Positions 8,266-16,278 of a stretch of 64,000 bases of DNA are shown one piece after another. Origin of the DNA: an uncultured Clostridia bacterium (GTDB lineage: Bacteria > Bacillota > Clostridia > Oscillospirales > CAG-272); NCBI GenBank assembly GCA_947588825.1, contig CANPZU010000004.1:21649-85648 (forward strand), read 5' to 3'. Each line of letters begins with the position of its first letter. Within the stretch, counting starts at the first letter, position 1. A program made the position numbers and the translations under genes. Below the pieces are notes generated by a model. It saw only the letters and a program-made list of their open reading frames with translations, did not search any database and was not told the origin of the DNA.

Positions 8266-9036
8266 ATGGATGTGAAGCATATTCATTGCACGATAGAAAA
8301 GCTCGCCGAGTTCATGTACAACGAGGCCTGCACAGATTTGAAGTCCGTCGATACCGAGGAATACGGCAAAGTCGTAGATATGGTGAAAGATTTGGCAGAA
8401 GCCGAATATTACGCCAGAATTTCAGCCGCGATGAAGAAATCCGAGGAAGAGGACGAGGAGGAAGCCAAGTACATCCTCAAGCAGATGAAAGAGGAATACG
8501 GCGACGAGGGCGGCGAAGAGATGTACCGCCGCATGGGCTACAACCGCAACCGTTATTCCAACGGCAGATTTGCGCCGAGAGGACGCGGGCGCAGGATGGG
8601 CTACATGCCGCCGGAAATGCGCTATCCGTACTTTGAGGACATGATTGGCATGGACGAGTACGAAATGATGATGCCAATGGGCTACGGAAACGGGCGCGGC
8701 GGTAATTCCTCGATGGGCGGCAACCGTGGAAACAGTGGAAATGGTGGCAACCGTGGAATGAACAGCAGCAACCGTGGCGGCGGTGACAGCTACGGCTATT
8801 CCGACGGACGTGGCGAGGGTTCGAGATACGGTCGTTCCTACGACTCATATCGCGAGAACCGCAGACACTACACCGAGACGAAGGACGAGAAGTCCAAGAA
8901 GGACATGGAAATGTCCATGAAAGAGTACACCGAGGACGTGATGGACAACATCAAAGAGATGTGGCGCGACGCTGACCCGGCGTTAAGGCAGACGATGAAA
9001 GCTGACTTGACGAAGATGGTACAGCAGTTGCAGTAA
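8266..9036 (+). CDS. Low-complexity (RGG/Met/Tyr-rich) protein flanked by acidic helices
   Basis: The central ~110 aa are rich in G, R, N, M, Y and S (for example GNRGNSGNGGNRG and MGYMPPEMRYPYFEDM). The RBS is GGAGGA. A GTG at 8245 is an alternative start. Confidence 0.65.
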   Translation: MDVKHIHCTIEKLAEFMYNEACTDLKSVDTEEYGKVVDMVKDLAEAEYYARISAAMKKSEEEDEEEAKYILKQMKEEYGDEGGEEMYRRMGYNRNRYSNGRFAPRGRGRRMGYMPPEMRYPYFEDMIGMDEYEMMMPMGYGNGRGGNSSMGGNRGNSGNGGNRGMNSSNRGGGDSYGYSDGRGEGSRYGRSYDSYRENRRHYTETKDEKSKKDMEMSMKEYTEDVMDNIKEMWRDADPALRQTMKADLTKMVQQLQ

Positions 9037-9087
9037 AGATGAAAAGCCTTGACCTGCGGGTTGGGGCTTTTCTTTTGGGGTGATACC

Positions 9088-9474
9088 ATGCTGACCGAAT
9101 TTTATATGAACGGACTACTCTGGCACGTTCGGTTCGTCCGACCGTCAGACCCGATTCTGATAGATAGGCAAAACATATTGACTTGCGCCGTGACAGACCC
9201 TGAGACCATGACGATTTACCTTGCGGACAATCTGCGTGGGAGTTTTCTAAACCGCGTCTTTATCCATGAGTTGGGTCACTGCGCGATGTTTTCATATAAT
9301 CTTTTGCCGGAACTTCACGCGATGGTGAAGAGGAAATATTGGATTGATGCAGAGGAATGGTGCTGTAATCTCTTGGCGAATTACGGAATGGAAGTGTACG
9401 GAATCGCCTACTCCGTCCTCGGAGACGAAGCAATCCGCATAGTACCGTATCAGATGGAAAGGTTGGTGTCCTAA
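9088..9474 (+). CDS. ImmA/IrrE-like (DUF955-type) zinc metallopeptidase
   Basis: The HExxH motif sits in the context FLNRVFIHELGHC, preceded by the typical ...IYLADNL... strand. Confidence 0.55.
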   Translation: MLTEFYMNGLLWHVRFVRPSDPILIDRQNILTCAVTDPETMTIYLADNLRGSFLNRVFIHELGHCAMFSYNLLPELHAMVKRKYWIDAEEWCCNLLANYGMEVYGIAYSVLGDEAIRIVPYQMERLVS

Positions 9475-9881
9475 TGCGTTCACTATCACGCGACCGGCAG
9501 AGCGTATGGTTTGCCAAAATCACGGAGAAGATCGTCGGTACATCGACCGTCCCGGTTTATGAGAAGCCGATGGAGATGCACTTAGTCGTGACGGCTACGG
9601 CAGGTTTGCCGGATGAACTCGGCGCAGGGCTTGTGCCGGACTATGACCGGGAAATCATATACCACAAGACAAGAGGGTGCTGTAATTCATTTGAGCCTGT
9701 TGAGGGTATGGCAGTGTGGGTGGACAGAAAACCAAAACTTGACGCGAAAGGCAACCTTGCAAAGCGTGAGGACGGCAAAGGCGTGGTTACGCCGCCGGAC
9801 TACAGGCTCAAACGGATAATCACGACGCAGAAATCCAATGTGGCGCGCTACGGGATAGAGCGTATCGGAGGGAATTTGTGA
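9474..9881 (+). CDS. Head-closure / head-tail adaptor candidate
   Basis: A 135-aa ORF in the head-tail joining position, coupled by a TAATG overlap. There is no decisive motif. Confidence 0.4.
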   Translation: MRSLSRDRQSVWFAKITEKIVGTSTVPVYEKPMEMHLVVTATAGLPDELGAGLVPDYDREIIYHKTRGCCNSFEPVEGMAVWVDRKPKLDAKGNLAKREDGKGVVTPPDYRLKRIITTQKSNVARYGIERIGGNL

Positions 9882-10399
9882 TGCCAAAGACCATTAAGAT
9901 GAATCTGTCGGCAGGGTCTATACAGAATGCGGTTAAGGAATTGCAGAGGTACAAGCAATCGCTCATCTCAAAGAACGATTTGTTTGTTCAAAGGCTTGCA
10001 GAAGTCGGAATCCCGGTCATTAATGCGAACATAGCGGCGGCACAGGGTGACTCGGACAAGAATCATAATACGTACATCAAACTGAATTCGTTCGGCTCTT
10101 ATTCACGGGCGGTTTTGGTGGTTGAGGGCGCTGACCTGCTGATGATTGAATTCGGCGCAGGCATCCACTACAACACACCGGCAGGCACAAGCCCCCACCC
10201 GAAAGGGCAAGAACTTGGCTACACAATCGGCTCCTACGGCAAGGGACACGGCGCAGAAGATTATTGGTACTATCAAGCGGAAACGGGCGAATCGGTTCGG
10301 TCATACGGGACTGAAAGCACCATGCCCGTTTATAAGGCGAGCGTGGAAATACGGCAGAAAATCCGGGAGATAGCAAAAGAAGTATTCGGAGGCGGCTGA
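9878..10399 (+). CDS. HK97 gp10-like tail-completion candidate
   Basis: Size, position and the N-terminal helix (AVKELQRYKQSL) fit. The assignment is tentative. Confidence 0.4.
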   Translation: MMPKTIKMNLSAGSIQNAVKELQRYKQSLISKNDLFVQRLAEVGIPVINANIAAAQGDSDKNHNTYIKLNSFGSYSRAVLVVEGADLLMIEFGAGIHYNTPAGTSPHPKGQELGYTIGSYGKGHGAEDYWYYQAETGESVRSYGTESTMPVYKASVEIRQKIREIAKEVFGGG

Positions 10400-10400
10400 C

Positions 10401-10817
10401 ATGGCAGATGTTACGGACAATCCATACATGAAAGTATTTGACCGATGGGCGGCGGCTATGGAGCCGGTCGTCGGAAAAGGCAATTTATCCATGAGCCGGA
10501 GCAAGACACTGATGAACTCGGAGAAGTACGCGAGGATATTCCCGCTCGGCAACCCGGCGCTCTCAACTGCACTCGGCGGCGAAGAGTGCGCAACGTCGCT
10601 GTCGTTCCAAGTAGACAGTTTCGCAAGGGACGATTACGACGCGCAGGACACGGTATTTGCGATTGATGCCGCGTCGCATGACTGCATGGTCGGAATGGGT
10701 TTCCGGCGCACGTATGGGGCAGAACTGCTGACCGACGAGGGCGACAATGTTCAGCGCGTGACGAGCCGGTACAGCCGGACGTACACGGGACAGTTATTGG
10801 GGGAGGGGAAAGCATGA
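10401..10817 (+). CDS. Tail-terminator / neck candidate
   Basis: A 138-aa ORF just upstream of the tail genes. Confidence 0.35.
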   Translation: MADVTDNPYMKVFDRWAAAMEPVVGKGNLSMSRSKTLMNSEKYARIFPLGNPALSTALGGEECATSLSFQVDSFARDDYDAQDTVFAIDAASHDCMVGMGFRRTYGAELLTDEGDNVQRVTSRYSRTYTGQLLGEGKA

Positions 10818-11011
10818 ACGTAGAAGATTATTACTGGACTTGCCCGAGATGCGGCGAGAAAGTGGACGCAATCAGACAGCTTGTGGACGGGTGCTTCGAT
10901 GAGGACGGCGAAGCGGAATTCGACCCGGCGCGCGGTTTAACTGTCCACACAATTGCCTGTCCGAACTGCGGCGCAAAGTGGTACACGTCGGTGAGCGAGA
11001 TGGACGGCTGA
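10814..11011 (+). CDS. Zinc-ribbon protein
   Basis: Two CxxC pairs are present: CPRCG and CPNCG. Confidence 0.6.
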   Translation: MNVEDYYWTCPRCGEKVDAIRQLVDGCFDEDGEAEFDPARGLTVHTIACPNCGAKWYTSVSEMDG

Positions 11012-11039
11012 CCTTTTTCGTGACCTCACGAAAATGATA

Positions 11040-11072
11040 CTTAAACAACACTTAAACAACGCTTAAACAACA
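11040..11072. repeat. Three tandem 11-bp repeats CTTAAACAAC(A/G)
   Basis: Read directly at 11040-50, 11051-61 and 11062-72. A degenerate fourth unit follows. Confidence 0.85.
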
Positions 11073-11087
11073 CTACAACAGGCAATG

Positions 11088-11137
11088 ACCGCATGGCGGT
11101 TTTGCATAGACAGGAGCCGGGAGGCTCTATTTTTTAT
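11088..11137 (+). terminator. Two tandem hairpin terminators
   Basis: ACCGC-ATG-GCGGT followed by TTTG, then GAGCC-GGGA-GGCTC followed by TATTTTTT. Confidence 0.55.
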
Positions 11138-11154
11138 GGAAAGGAGAGAGCGTT

Positions 11155-11421
11155 ATGGATTTTGCAGGAGTTGCAAGCGTGGTAGGGATCACGGTTATCT
11201 GCTACCTCATTGGCATGGTCGCAAAAGCCGTTCCGTTGGATAACAAGTGGATTCCCGTCATTGTCGGAGTCGCAGGAGCGATTCTCGGCGTAGTCGGCAT
11301 GAAAGTTATCCCGGACTTCCCGGCAACGGACATCATCAATGCATTGGCAGTCGGCATCGTAAGCGGTTTGGCGTCGACCGGCGCAGACCAAATTGTCAGA
11401 CAGCAGAAGAAAACAGAGTAA
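11155..11421 (+). CDS. Holin
   Basis: 88 aa with two to three TM segments and a charged C terminus (QIVRQQKKTE). It resembles clostridial phage holins. Confidence 0.6.
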   Translation: MDFAGVASVVGITVICYLIGMVAKAVPLDNKWIPVIVGVAGAILGVVGMKVIPDFPATDIINALAVGIVSGLASTGADQIVRQQKKTE

Positions 11422-11487
11422 TTTCACCGGCGCGTCAAGGAACGCGTCGCTGACCGCGAAAAGTTAGCGGTAGAAAGGAGAAATATC

Positions 11488-12000
11488 ATGGCATTTACTG
11501 TAGCGGTTGACCTGTCAACCATTGGCATGAAAGTCGGCATCGCGTTTGAGGAAACGGCTGGAACGCGTCCGTCAACCAAGTATTATAACTTACAGAAACC
11601 GAAGTCTATCCCGGACATGAACCCGGAGCCGGAGACGATTGACACCACTTCCTTAAACGCAACGAAGTACATGACTTCCGTTCCGGGACTGCTCGACCTG
11701 TCAGGCGCGCAGAGCTTCACGTTCCAGATGTCGCAGGTTCTTATCGACACATGGGAGAAGATTTGCGACGAGTACGATAAGCTCAAGAAAGAGAACAAGC
11801 GTCCGTGGCTTGAGATTTGGCACCCGGATTTGACGAAGGCGTGGTTCCTTCCGATTGCACCGTCAAGGCTCGGACTTCCGGCGGCAGAAGTAAACTCCGC
11901 ATGGGACGCGTCCATAAACGTCACAATCACGGACGAAATCGTGGTTGATACCGCGGTTGAGCCGTCCGACGAGGATTTTACGGCTTCCGAAGCCGTTTGA
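11488..12000 (+). CDS. Major tail protein
   Basis: A 170-aa ORF directly upstream of the chaperone pair, with RBS AAAGGAG. The order is typical of siphoviruses. Confidence 0.6.
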   Translation: MAFTVAVDLSTIGMKVGIAFEETAGTRPSTKYYNLQKPKSIPDMNPEPETIDTTSLNATKYMTSVPGLLDLSGAQSFTFQMSQVLIDTWEKICDEYDKLKKENKRPWLEIWHPDLTKAWFLPIAPSRLGLPAAEVNSAWDASINVTITDEIVVDTAVEPSDEDFTASEAV

Positions 12001-12144
12001 AGCGCACTAAAAATAGGGCTTGAGCAACCCGAATTAACGCCTGTGGAGTTTGCGGACGATGAGACAGGAAGCTCGACGGCAACGGTAAGCCCGACGGCAA
12101 GCTCAAGAAAACGCAGAAAAAAGATCGTTTGGGAGGAATAGGAA

Positions 12145-12567
12145 ATGATGACATTATCTATTAACGGTAAAGAGTACAAGGTGAAGTTCGGCTACAACTG
12201 CTTCTGCGACACGGATTTGCTTGACAGGGTGCGCACGGTCGCCACCCTGTTCAAGGGTTCCGGAGAAGAAATGACCGACGAAGAGGCGCAGGAGACGGGC
12301 GCGCAGAAGATGAAAGACCTGTTCTGCGTCGTCCGGGAGCTTCTGTTTGTCGGGTTCAAAAAGTACAATCCGGTCGAGACGGAGCAGGAAGTCGGAGACC
12401 TGATTGACGAGTACGTCGAGGAAGAGACGGACGAAAAGCGCGGACTGCTCACACTGTTCGCACAGCTTTCGGAGGAACTGACGAGCCGGGGTTTTTTAAA
12501 GGAAATCATCGGCAACCCGGAGGACTCGGCGAAGAAGCCGACAGACCACAAGAAGAAACAGGCATAA
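12145..12567 (+). CDS. Tail assembly chaperone (gpG-like)
   Basis: An acidic 140-aa ORF upstream of the tape measure region. It contains a slippery heptamer near its 3' end. Confidence 0.75.
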   Translation: MMTLSINGKEYKVKFGYNCFCDTDLLDRVRTVATLFKGSGEEMTDEEAQETGAQKMKDLFCVVRELLFVGFKKYNPVETEQEVGDLIDEYVEEETDEKRGLLTLFAQLSEELTSRGFLKEIIGNPEDSAKKPTDHKKKQA

Positions 12568-12965
12568 TCCGCAAGCCGAAGCCTTACAACAGGTTCGTGA
12601 TGGAAGATTTGCTCCCGTTCTACCTGATGCTCGGCGTATCGCGTGAGATGTTTATGGACTCTGACCCAGCGGATTTGGAGCCATACGATTTGATGTACCG
12701 CAGGAAAAGGAACGAGGAAAACGAGATGATGCACCTGCAGGGCGTGTACTTTGCCGACGCGCTTGTCGCGACGGTCGGGAATATGTTCCGCAAGAAAGGC
12801 ACAACGCCGATGGAATATCCGCAGGAGCCGTACCGTATCTTCCCATACACCGAAGAGGAACTGGAAGAAAAGAAAGAAAAGGAACTGCAAAAGGCGATCG
12901 CCTATTTCAACAATATGATGGCGGAGTCCAAAAGAAAGAAGAAAAAGAAACAGCAGGGCGGATAG
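12145..12965 (+). CDS. Tail assembly chaperone frameshift fusion (gpGT-like), -1 PRF at 12492-12498
   Basis: I checked that the -1 frame is open from before 12480 through to 12965. The heptamer T TTT TTA is in the correct zero-frame phase (TTT 12493-95, TTA 12496-98). The predicted fusion is about 273 aa. Confidence 0.75.
12492..12498 (+). promoter_or_regulatory. -1 programmed ribosomal frameshift slippery site U UUU UUA
   Basis: Read directly. It fits the X XXY YYZ pattern in phase with the gpG-like frame. Confidence 0.75.
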
Positions 12966-13015
12966 GTGTCAAAGCTTATCCGTCTATTTTGACGATTTGC
13001 GTCGATTTGTTTGCA

Positions 13016-13044
13016 TTGACAAAATACGTCGGCATGACTATGAT
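13016..13044 (+). promoter_or_regulatory. Sigma-A-type promoter
   Basis: TTGACA, 17-nt spacer, TATGAT. It lies about 260 nt upstream of the Rha-like gene. Confidence 0.6.
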
Positions 13045-13302
13045 ATACCTATAAAGCGACGGCAATCGCGAGATTGCTACACAAAAGAAGAATCCGGGAT
13101 TACGGAGCAAAGAACGACACGAAAGAATAAAGCAGATAGTAGCGTGTATGCTACGCATTCTTTTGTGCCGTTTTTTATTTGCCAGTGATGATACTGGCTA
13201 CCCCATACGGACTCCCATGTGATGAGACATGGTACTTATGAACGGACAGACCGGCTCCGGGGCGATATGCTCCGGGGCAATAAAAATAGGGAGGATGGCC
13301 GT

Positions 13303-13671
13303 ATGAGGAAAGGCGCGATTCTCACAAAAGAGGAAACTATACCGAACGTGATGGGAGGCGTAGAAGAACGTACAATATCGTCTCTGGAGATTGCAGAGAT
13401 GATGGAAATGAACCACAGCGATATTTTAAAGAAACTTGAGGGGAGAAAGGACAGAAAAGGATACATACAAATCCTTAACGAAGGACAAATGTCCGTGGTT
13501 GACTATTTTGTCAAATCATCGTATCAGGATGCGAAGGGGGAGGAGCGTCCTTGCTATCAGGTTACCAAACTCGGTTGCGATTTTCTTGCGAACAAGTTTA
13601 CCGGGGAAAAGGGCGTTCTGTTCACCGCAAGATACGCCAGAAATTTGACTACAATGAGCGCTCCGATTTGA
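13303..13671 (+). CDS. Rha family phage regulatory protein
   Basis: ISSLEIAEMMEMNHSDILKKLE...VTKLGCDFLANKFTGEKG matches my recollection of Phage_pRha. The RBS GGGAGG precedes ATG 13303. Confidence 0.65.
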   Translation: MRKGAILTKEETIPNVMGGVEERTISSLEIAEMMEMNHSDILKKLEGRKDRKGYIQILNEGQMSVVDYFVKSSYQDAKGEERPCYQVTKLGCDFLANKFTGEKGVLFTARYARNLTTMSAPI

Positions 13672-13735
13672 AATCCGGGTGCTTAATAATGGAATATAAT
13701 TCGAGGAAACAGAAAAAAGATTTTAACTATTAATT

Positions 13736-14557
13736 ATGGGAGGATTTAAGAACGTGGACGAAATTAAAAGTTTTGAAAATAAAGAATTTGGTAAAGTGAG
13801 AACAATTCGAAAAAACAGAAAGATTTTGTTTTGCGGGCGCGATGTAGCAACAGCTTTGGGGTATGTAGACACAAAGAAAGCGTTGACTCAGCACTGCAAA
13901 GAAGATGGGGTGGTGTTTTGCCCCCTCACCGACAAACTCGGCAGAACGCAGGAGGCAAAGTTTATTGACGAGGGAAATCTTTATCGGCTTATCGTACACA
14001 GCAAACTTCCATCAGCAGAAAAGTTTGAGCGATGGGTGTTTGATGAAGTGATACCGTCGGTCGTAAACAGCGGCGGCTATATCGCAGGTCAAGATAGTTT
14101 ATCGGACGATGAACTTATTGCAAGAGCTGTTTTGGTTGCACAAAAGAAGATTGCTGAAAAGGACAAGCGCATTGAAAAACTGGAAGCAGAAACGCTAGAG
14201 ATGAGCCAGACCATAGCAGAGATGCAACCGAAAGTGAACTACGTCGATGTAATCCTAAAGAGCAGGTCGACCGTCTGCACCACGCAGATTGCGCAGGACT
14301 ACGGCATGACCGCGAACAAATTCAATAAGATTCTGCGCGATATCGGCATCCAGAGGAAAGTAGGAAAGCAGTGGATTCTGTACCGACAGTATTTAGATCA
14401 GGGATATGTCCAGAGCGAGACGGTGGACATAACAAGGTCGAATGGCCTGCCGGACACAGTGATGCATACCAAGTGGACGCAGAAAGGTAGGCTCTTCCTG
14501 CATGAGAAGTTAAAGAAGAGCGGATACATACCGCTGATTGAGCAGTATAACATTTGA
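13736..14557 (+). CDS. Antirepressor (Bro-N domain plus KilA-C/ANT C-terminal domain)
   Basis: The N-terminal FENKEFGKVRTI...FCGRDVATALGY...GNLYRLI..SKLPSAEKF..WVFDEVIPS is Bro-N-like. The C-terminal half (NYVDVILKS...TTQIAQDYGM) is KilAC-like. Confidence 0.8.
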   Translation: MGGFKNVDEIKSFENKEFGKVRTIRKNRKILFCGRDVATALGYVDTKKALTQHCKEDGVVFCPLTDKLGRTQEAKFIDEGNLYRLIVHSKLPSAEKFERWVFDEVIPSVVNSGGYIAGQDSLSDDELIARAVLVAQKKIAEKDKRIEKLEAETLEMSQTIAEMQPKVNYVDVILKSRSTVCTTQIAQDYGMTANKFNKILRDIGIQRKVGKQWILYRQYLDQGYVQSETVDITRSNGLPDTVMHTKWTQKGRLFLHEKLKKSGYIPLIEQYNI

Positions 14558-14559
14558 GT

Positions 14560-14600
14560 GTAGTTACCAAATTTGAAAATATAATAACTACAGTTATATT
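14560..14600. repeat. 41-bp direct repeat, copy 1, containing a GTAGTTA/TAACTAC hairpin
   Basis: 37 of 41 positions are identical to 14691-14731. The internal 7-bp inverted repeat was read directly. Confidence 0.85.
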
Positions 14601-14690
14601 GGGTGCGTCAAATCTGACGCAGAAAGCAACTATTTAGGTTTTACTCAAAAATGAGTAAAACTACACAAGGAACATTTTGCACTGTTTAAC

Positions 14691-14731
14691 GTAGTTACCA
14701 AAAACGAAAATATGATAACTACAGTTATATT
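14691..14731. repeat. 41-bp direct repeat, copy 2
   Basis: See copy 1. Between the copies lie the palindromes TGCGTCA-AATC-TGACGCA (14603-14620) and GTTTTACTCA-AAAA-TGAGTAAAAC (14638-14661). Confidence 0.85.
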
Positions 14732-14792
14732 AGAAAACATATATAGTTTTCAGACTACTTGAAGTATTCTGAAAATGGGAGGATAGTAGATA

Positions 14793-15536
14793 ATGAATGG
14801 ATTGATAAGGATAAATGGACACGAAATAGAGGTCAAAGAATACAAAGGACAGAGAGTCGTAACATTCAAAGACATTGATACTGTGCACGAGAGACCAGAG
14901 GGTACGGCTCGTGCGACTTTTAATAGGTCGAAAAATCATTTTGTTGAGAATGAGGATTACTTCGTATGCGACGCGTACGAAGCAAAAAAATTGTTTGGAA
15001 TTATCGCACCGAATGGAATTGTCCTTATTGCGGAAGAAGGTTATTTGATGCTCGTCAAGCCGTTTGGGGACGATCTCGCATGGGACGTTCAGCGCAAGCT
15101 TGTCAAGGCATATTTCCGGGCAAATGATATATTTGAAAATATGTCACAGGAACTCAAGGCCGTTATCGTGGTAGACCAGAGGGTGACAGCGGTGGAGAAG
15201 CGCGTGGATTATCTCGAAAACGATATACCGCTTTACGGCTCGGAGGCAGACCAACTCAGCCGGATTGTGAAAAAGAAGGGCGTATCGGTTCTCGGGGGAA
15301 AAGGTAGCAACGCCTACAAAGACAATAAGCTCCGCTCGGAAGTTTATACGGACATATACAATCAAGTGAAAAGGGAATATGGGCTTTATGATGCAGACGG
15401 CAGGTTTGTGACATACAAGGCGCTGAAAAGGAAATATTTCCCCGGCTCGCTGAGATTGGTTGAGTCATACATTCCGCCGGAATACCTACAGGAAAAAATA
15501 AAGGACTATAACGCGCAATGCAGATTAGATGAATAG
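14793..15536 (+). CDS. ORF6N/ORF6C-domain antirepressor-type protein
   Basis: YKGQRVVTFKDIDTVHERPEGTAR is the ORF6N (KilA-N-like) signature. The C-terminal half (PLYGSEADQLSRIVKKKG) is ORF6C-like. Confidence 0.7.
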   Translation: MNGLIRINGHEIEVKEYKGQRVVTFKDIDTVHERPEGTARATFNRSKNHFVENEDYFVCDAYEAKKLFGIIAPNGIVLIAEEGYLMLVKPFGDDLAWDVQRKLVKAYFRANDIFENMSQELKAVIVVDQRVTAVEKRVDYLENDIPLYGSEADQLSRIVKKKGVSVLGGKGSNAYKDNKLRSEVYTDIYNQVKREYGLYDADGRFVTYKALKRKYFPGSLRLVESYIPPEYLQEKIKDYNAQCRLDE

Positions 15537-15588
15537 AGCCGTTCGCGGCTCTTTCTTTTCCTTCCATTTTTCGACATAATGTGTTATT

Positions 15589-16260
15589 ATGGGGAAAACG
15601 AAAGATGGAGCATTTGATTTCATGTCTGGAAGAAAAGGAACAAGCTCGAACGGCTCTGGGTGTGGAACAATTATCGCTGTTTTACTTGTTATAGGATTCA
15701 TAAGTGCATACTGGTATGTTTTTGCAATCATTGCCTTGCTGTTTTTAGCGCGTTTCTGTTTTTCAGCTTATACGAAAAAAAGAAAACAATCAAATTCGGT
15801 TTATCAGTCTATGTATGATGAAATGCGCGAATCATATTGGAAGGATGAATACGATGATGAATTTGAAGATGGAGAGGATGAATATACACGTGCTCCGCCA
15901 GTTACGTTTCTTGGAAAAAATAATTTTAACGAAAACAAATCTATAATCAAAGACAATCAAAAAGAGATAACATATATTGCTGAAAATACGAAAGAGAGGA
16001 ACGGTTGTATGTACGACAGAGAAAAGGGGATTTATCCGGCTGGGCAGTACTTAGTTGGAAGAGATATTCCGCTCGGCGGATATATATTGACTGCAAGGAA
16101 CGGGAAAACCGCATCTGTTACATTATACCCGTCATATACCAAATATAAAAACGAAGAAGATGAATTGATGTGGGTTAATTTTCAAGATGACTTTCATATT
16201 TCTTTAATGGAAGAAAAAAATTTCCTTGTGGTAGAAGATGCTGATATACAAAAGATATAG
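15589..16260 (+). CDS. Membrane protein, unknown function
   Basis: Two TM helices near the N terminus (IIAVLLVIGFISAYWYVFAIIALLFLARF). The gene lies in an AT-rich segment. Confidence 0.6.
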   Translation: MGKTKDGAFDFMSGRKGTSSNGSGCGTIIAVLLVIGFISAYWYVFAIIALLFLARFCFSAYTKKRKQSNSVYQSMYDEMRESYWKDEYDDEFEDGEDEYTRAPPVTFLGKNNFNENKSIIKDNQKEITYIAENTKERNGCMYDREKGIYPAGQYLVGRDIPLGGYILTARNGKTASVTLYPSYTKYKNEEDELMWVNFQDDFHISLMEEKNFLVVEDADIQKI

Positions 16261-16278
16261 AAAAGAAGGTGCCTACAA

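Noticed and set aside
13045-13302. ~260-nt leader upstream of the Rha gene, considered as a possible riboswitch. It contains the duplicated GCTCCGGGGC and small hairpins.
   Set aside because: I recognised no known riboswitch consensus, and the structures are short. It is noted only as a long leader.
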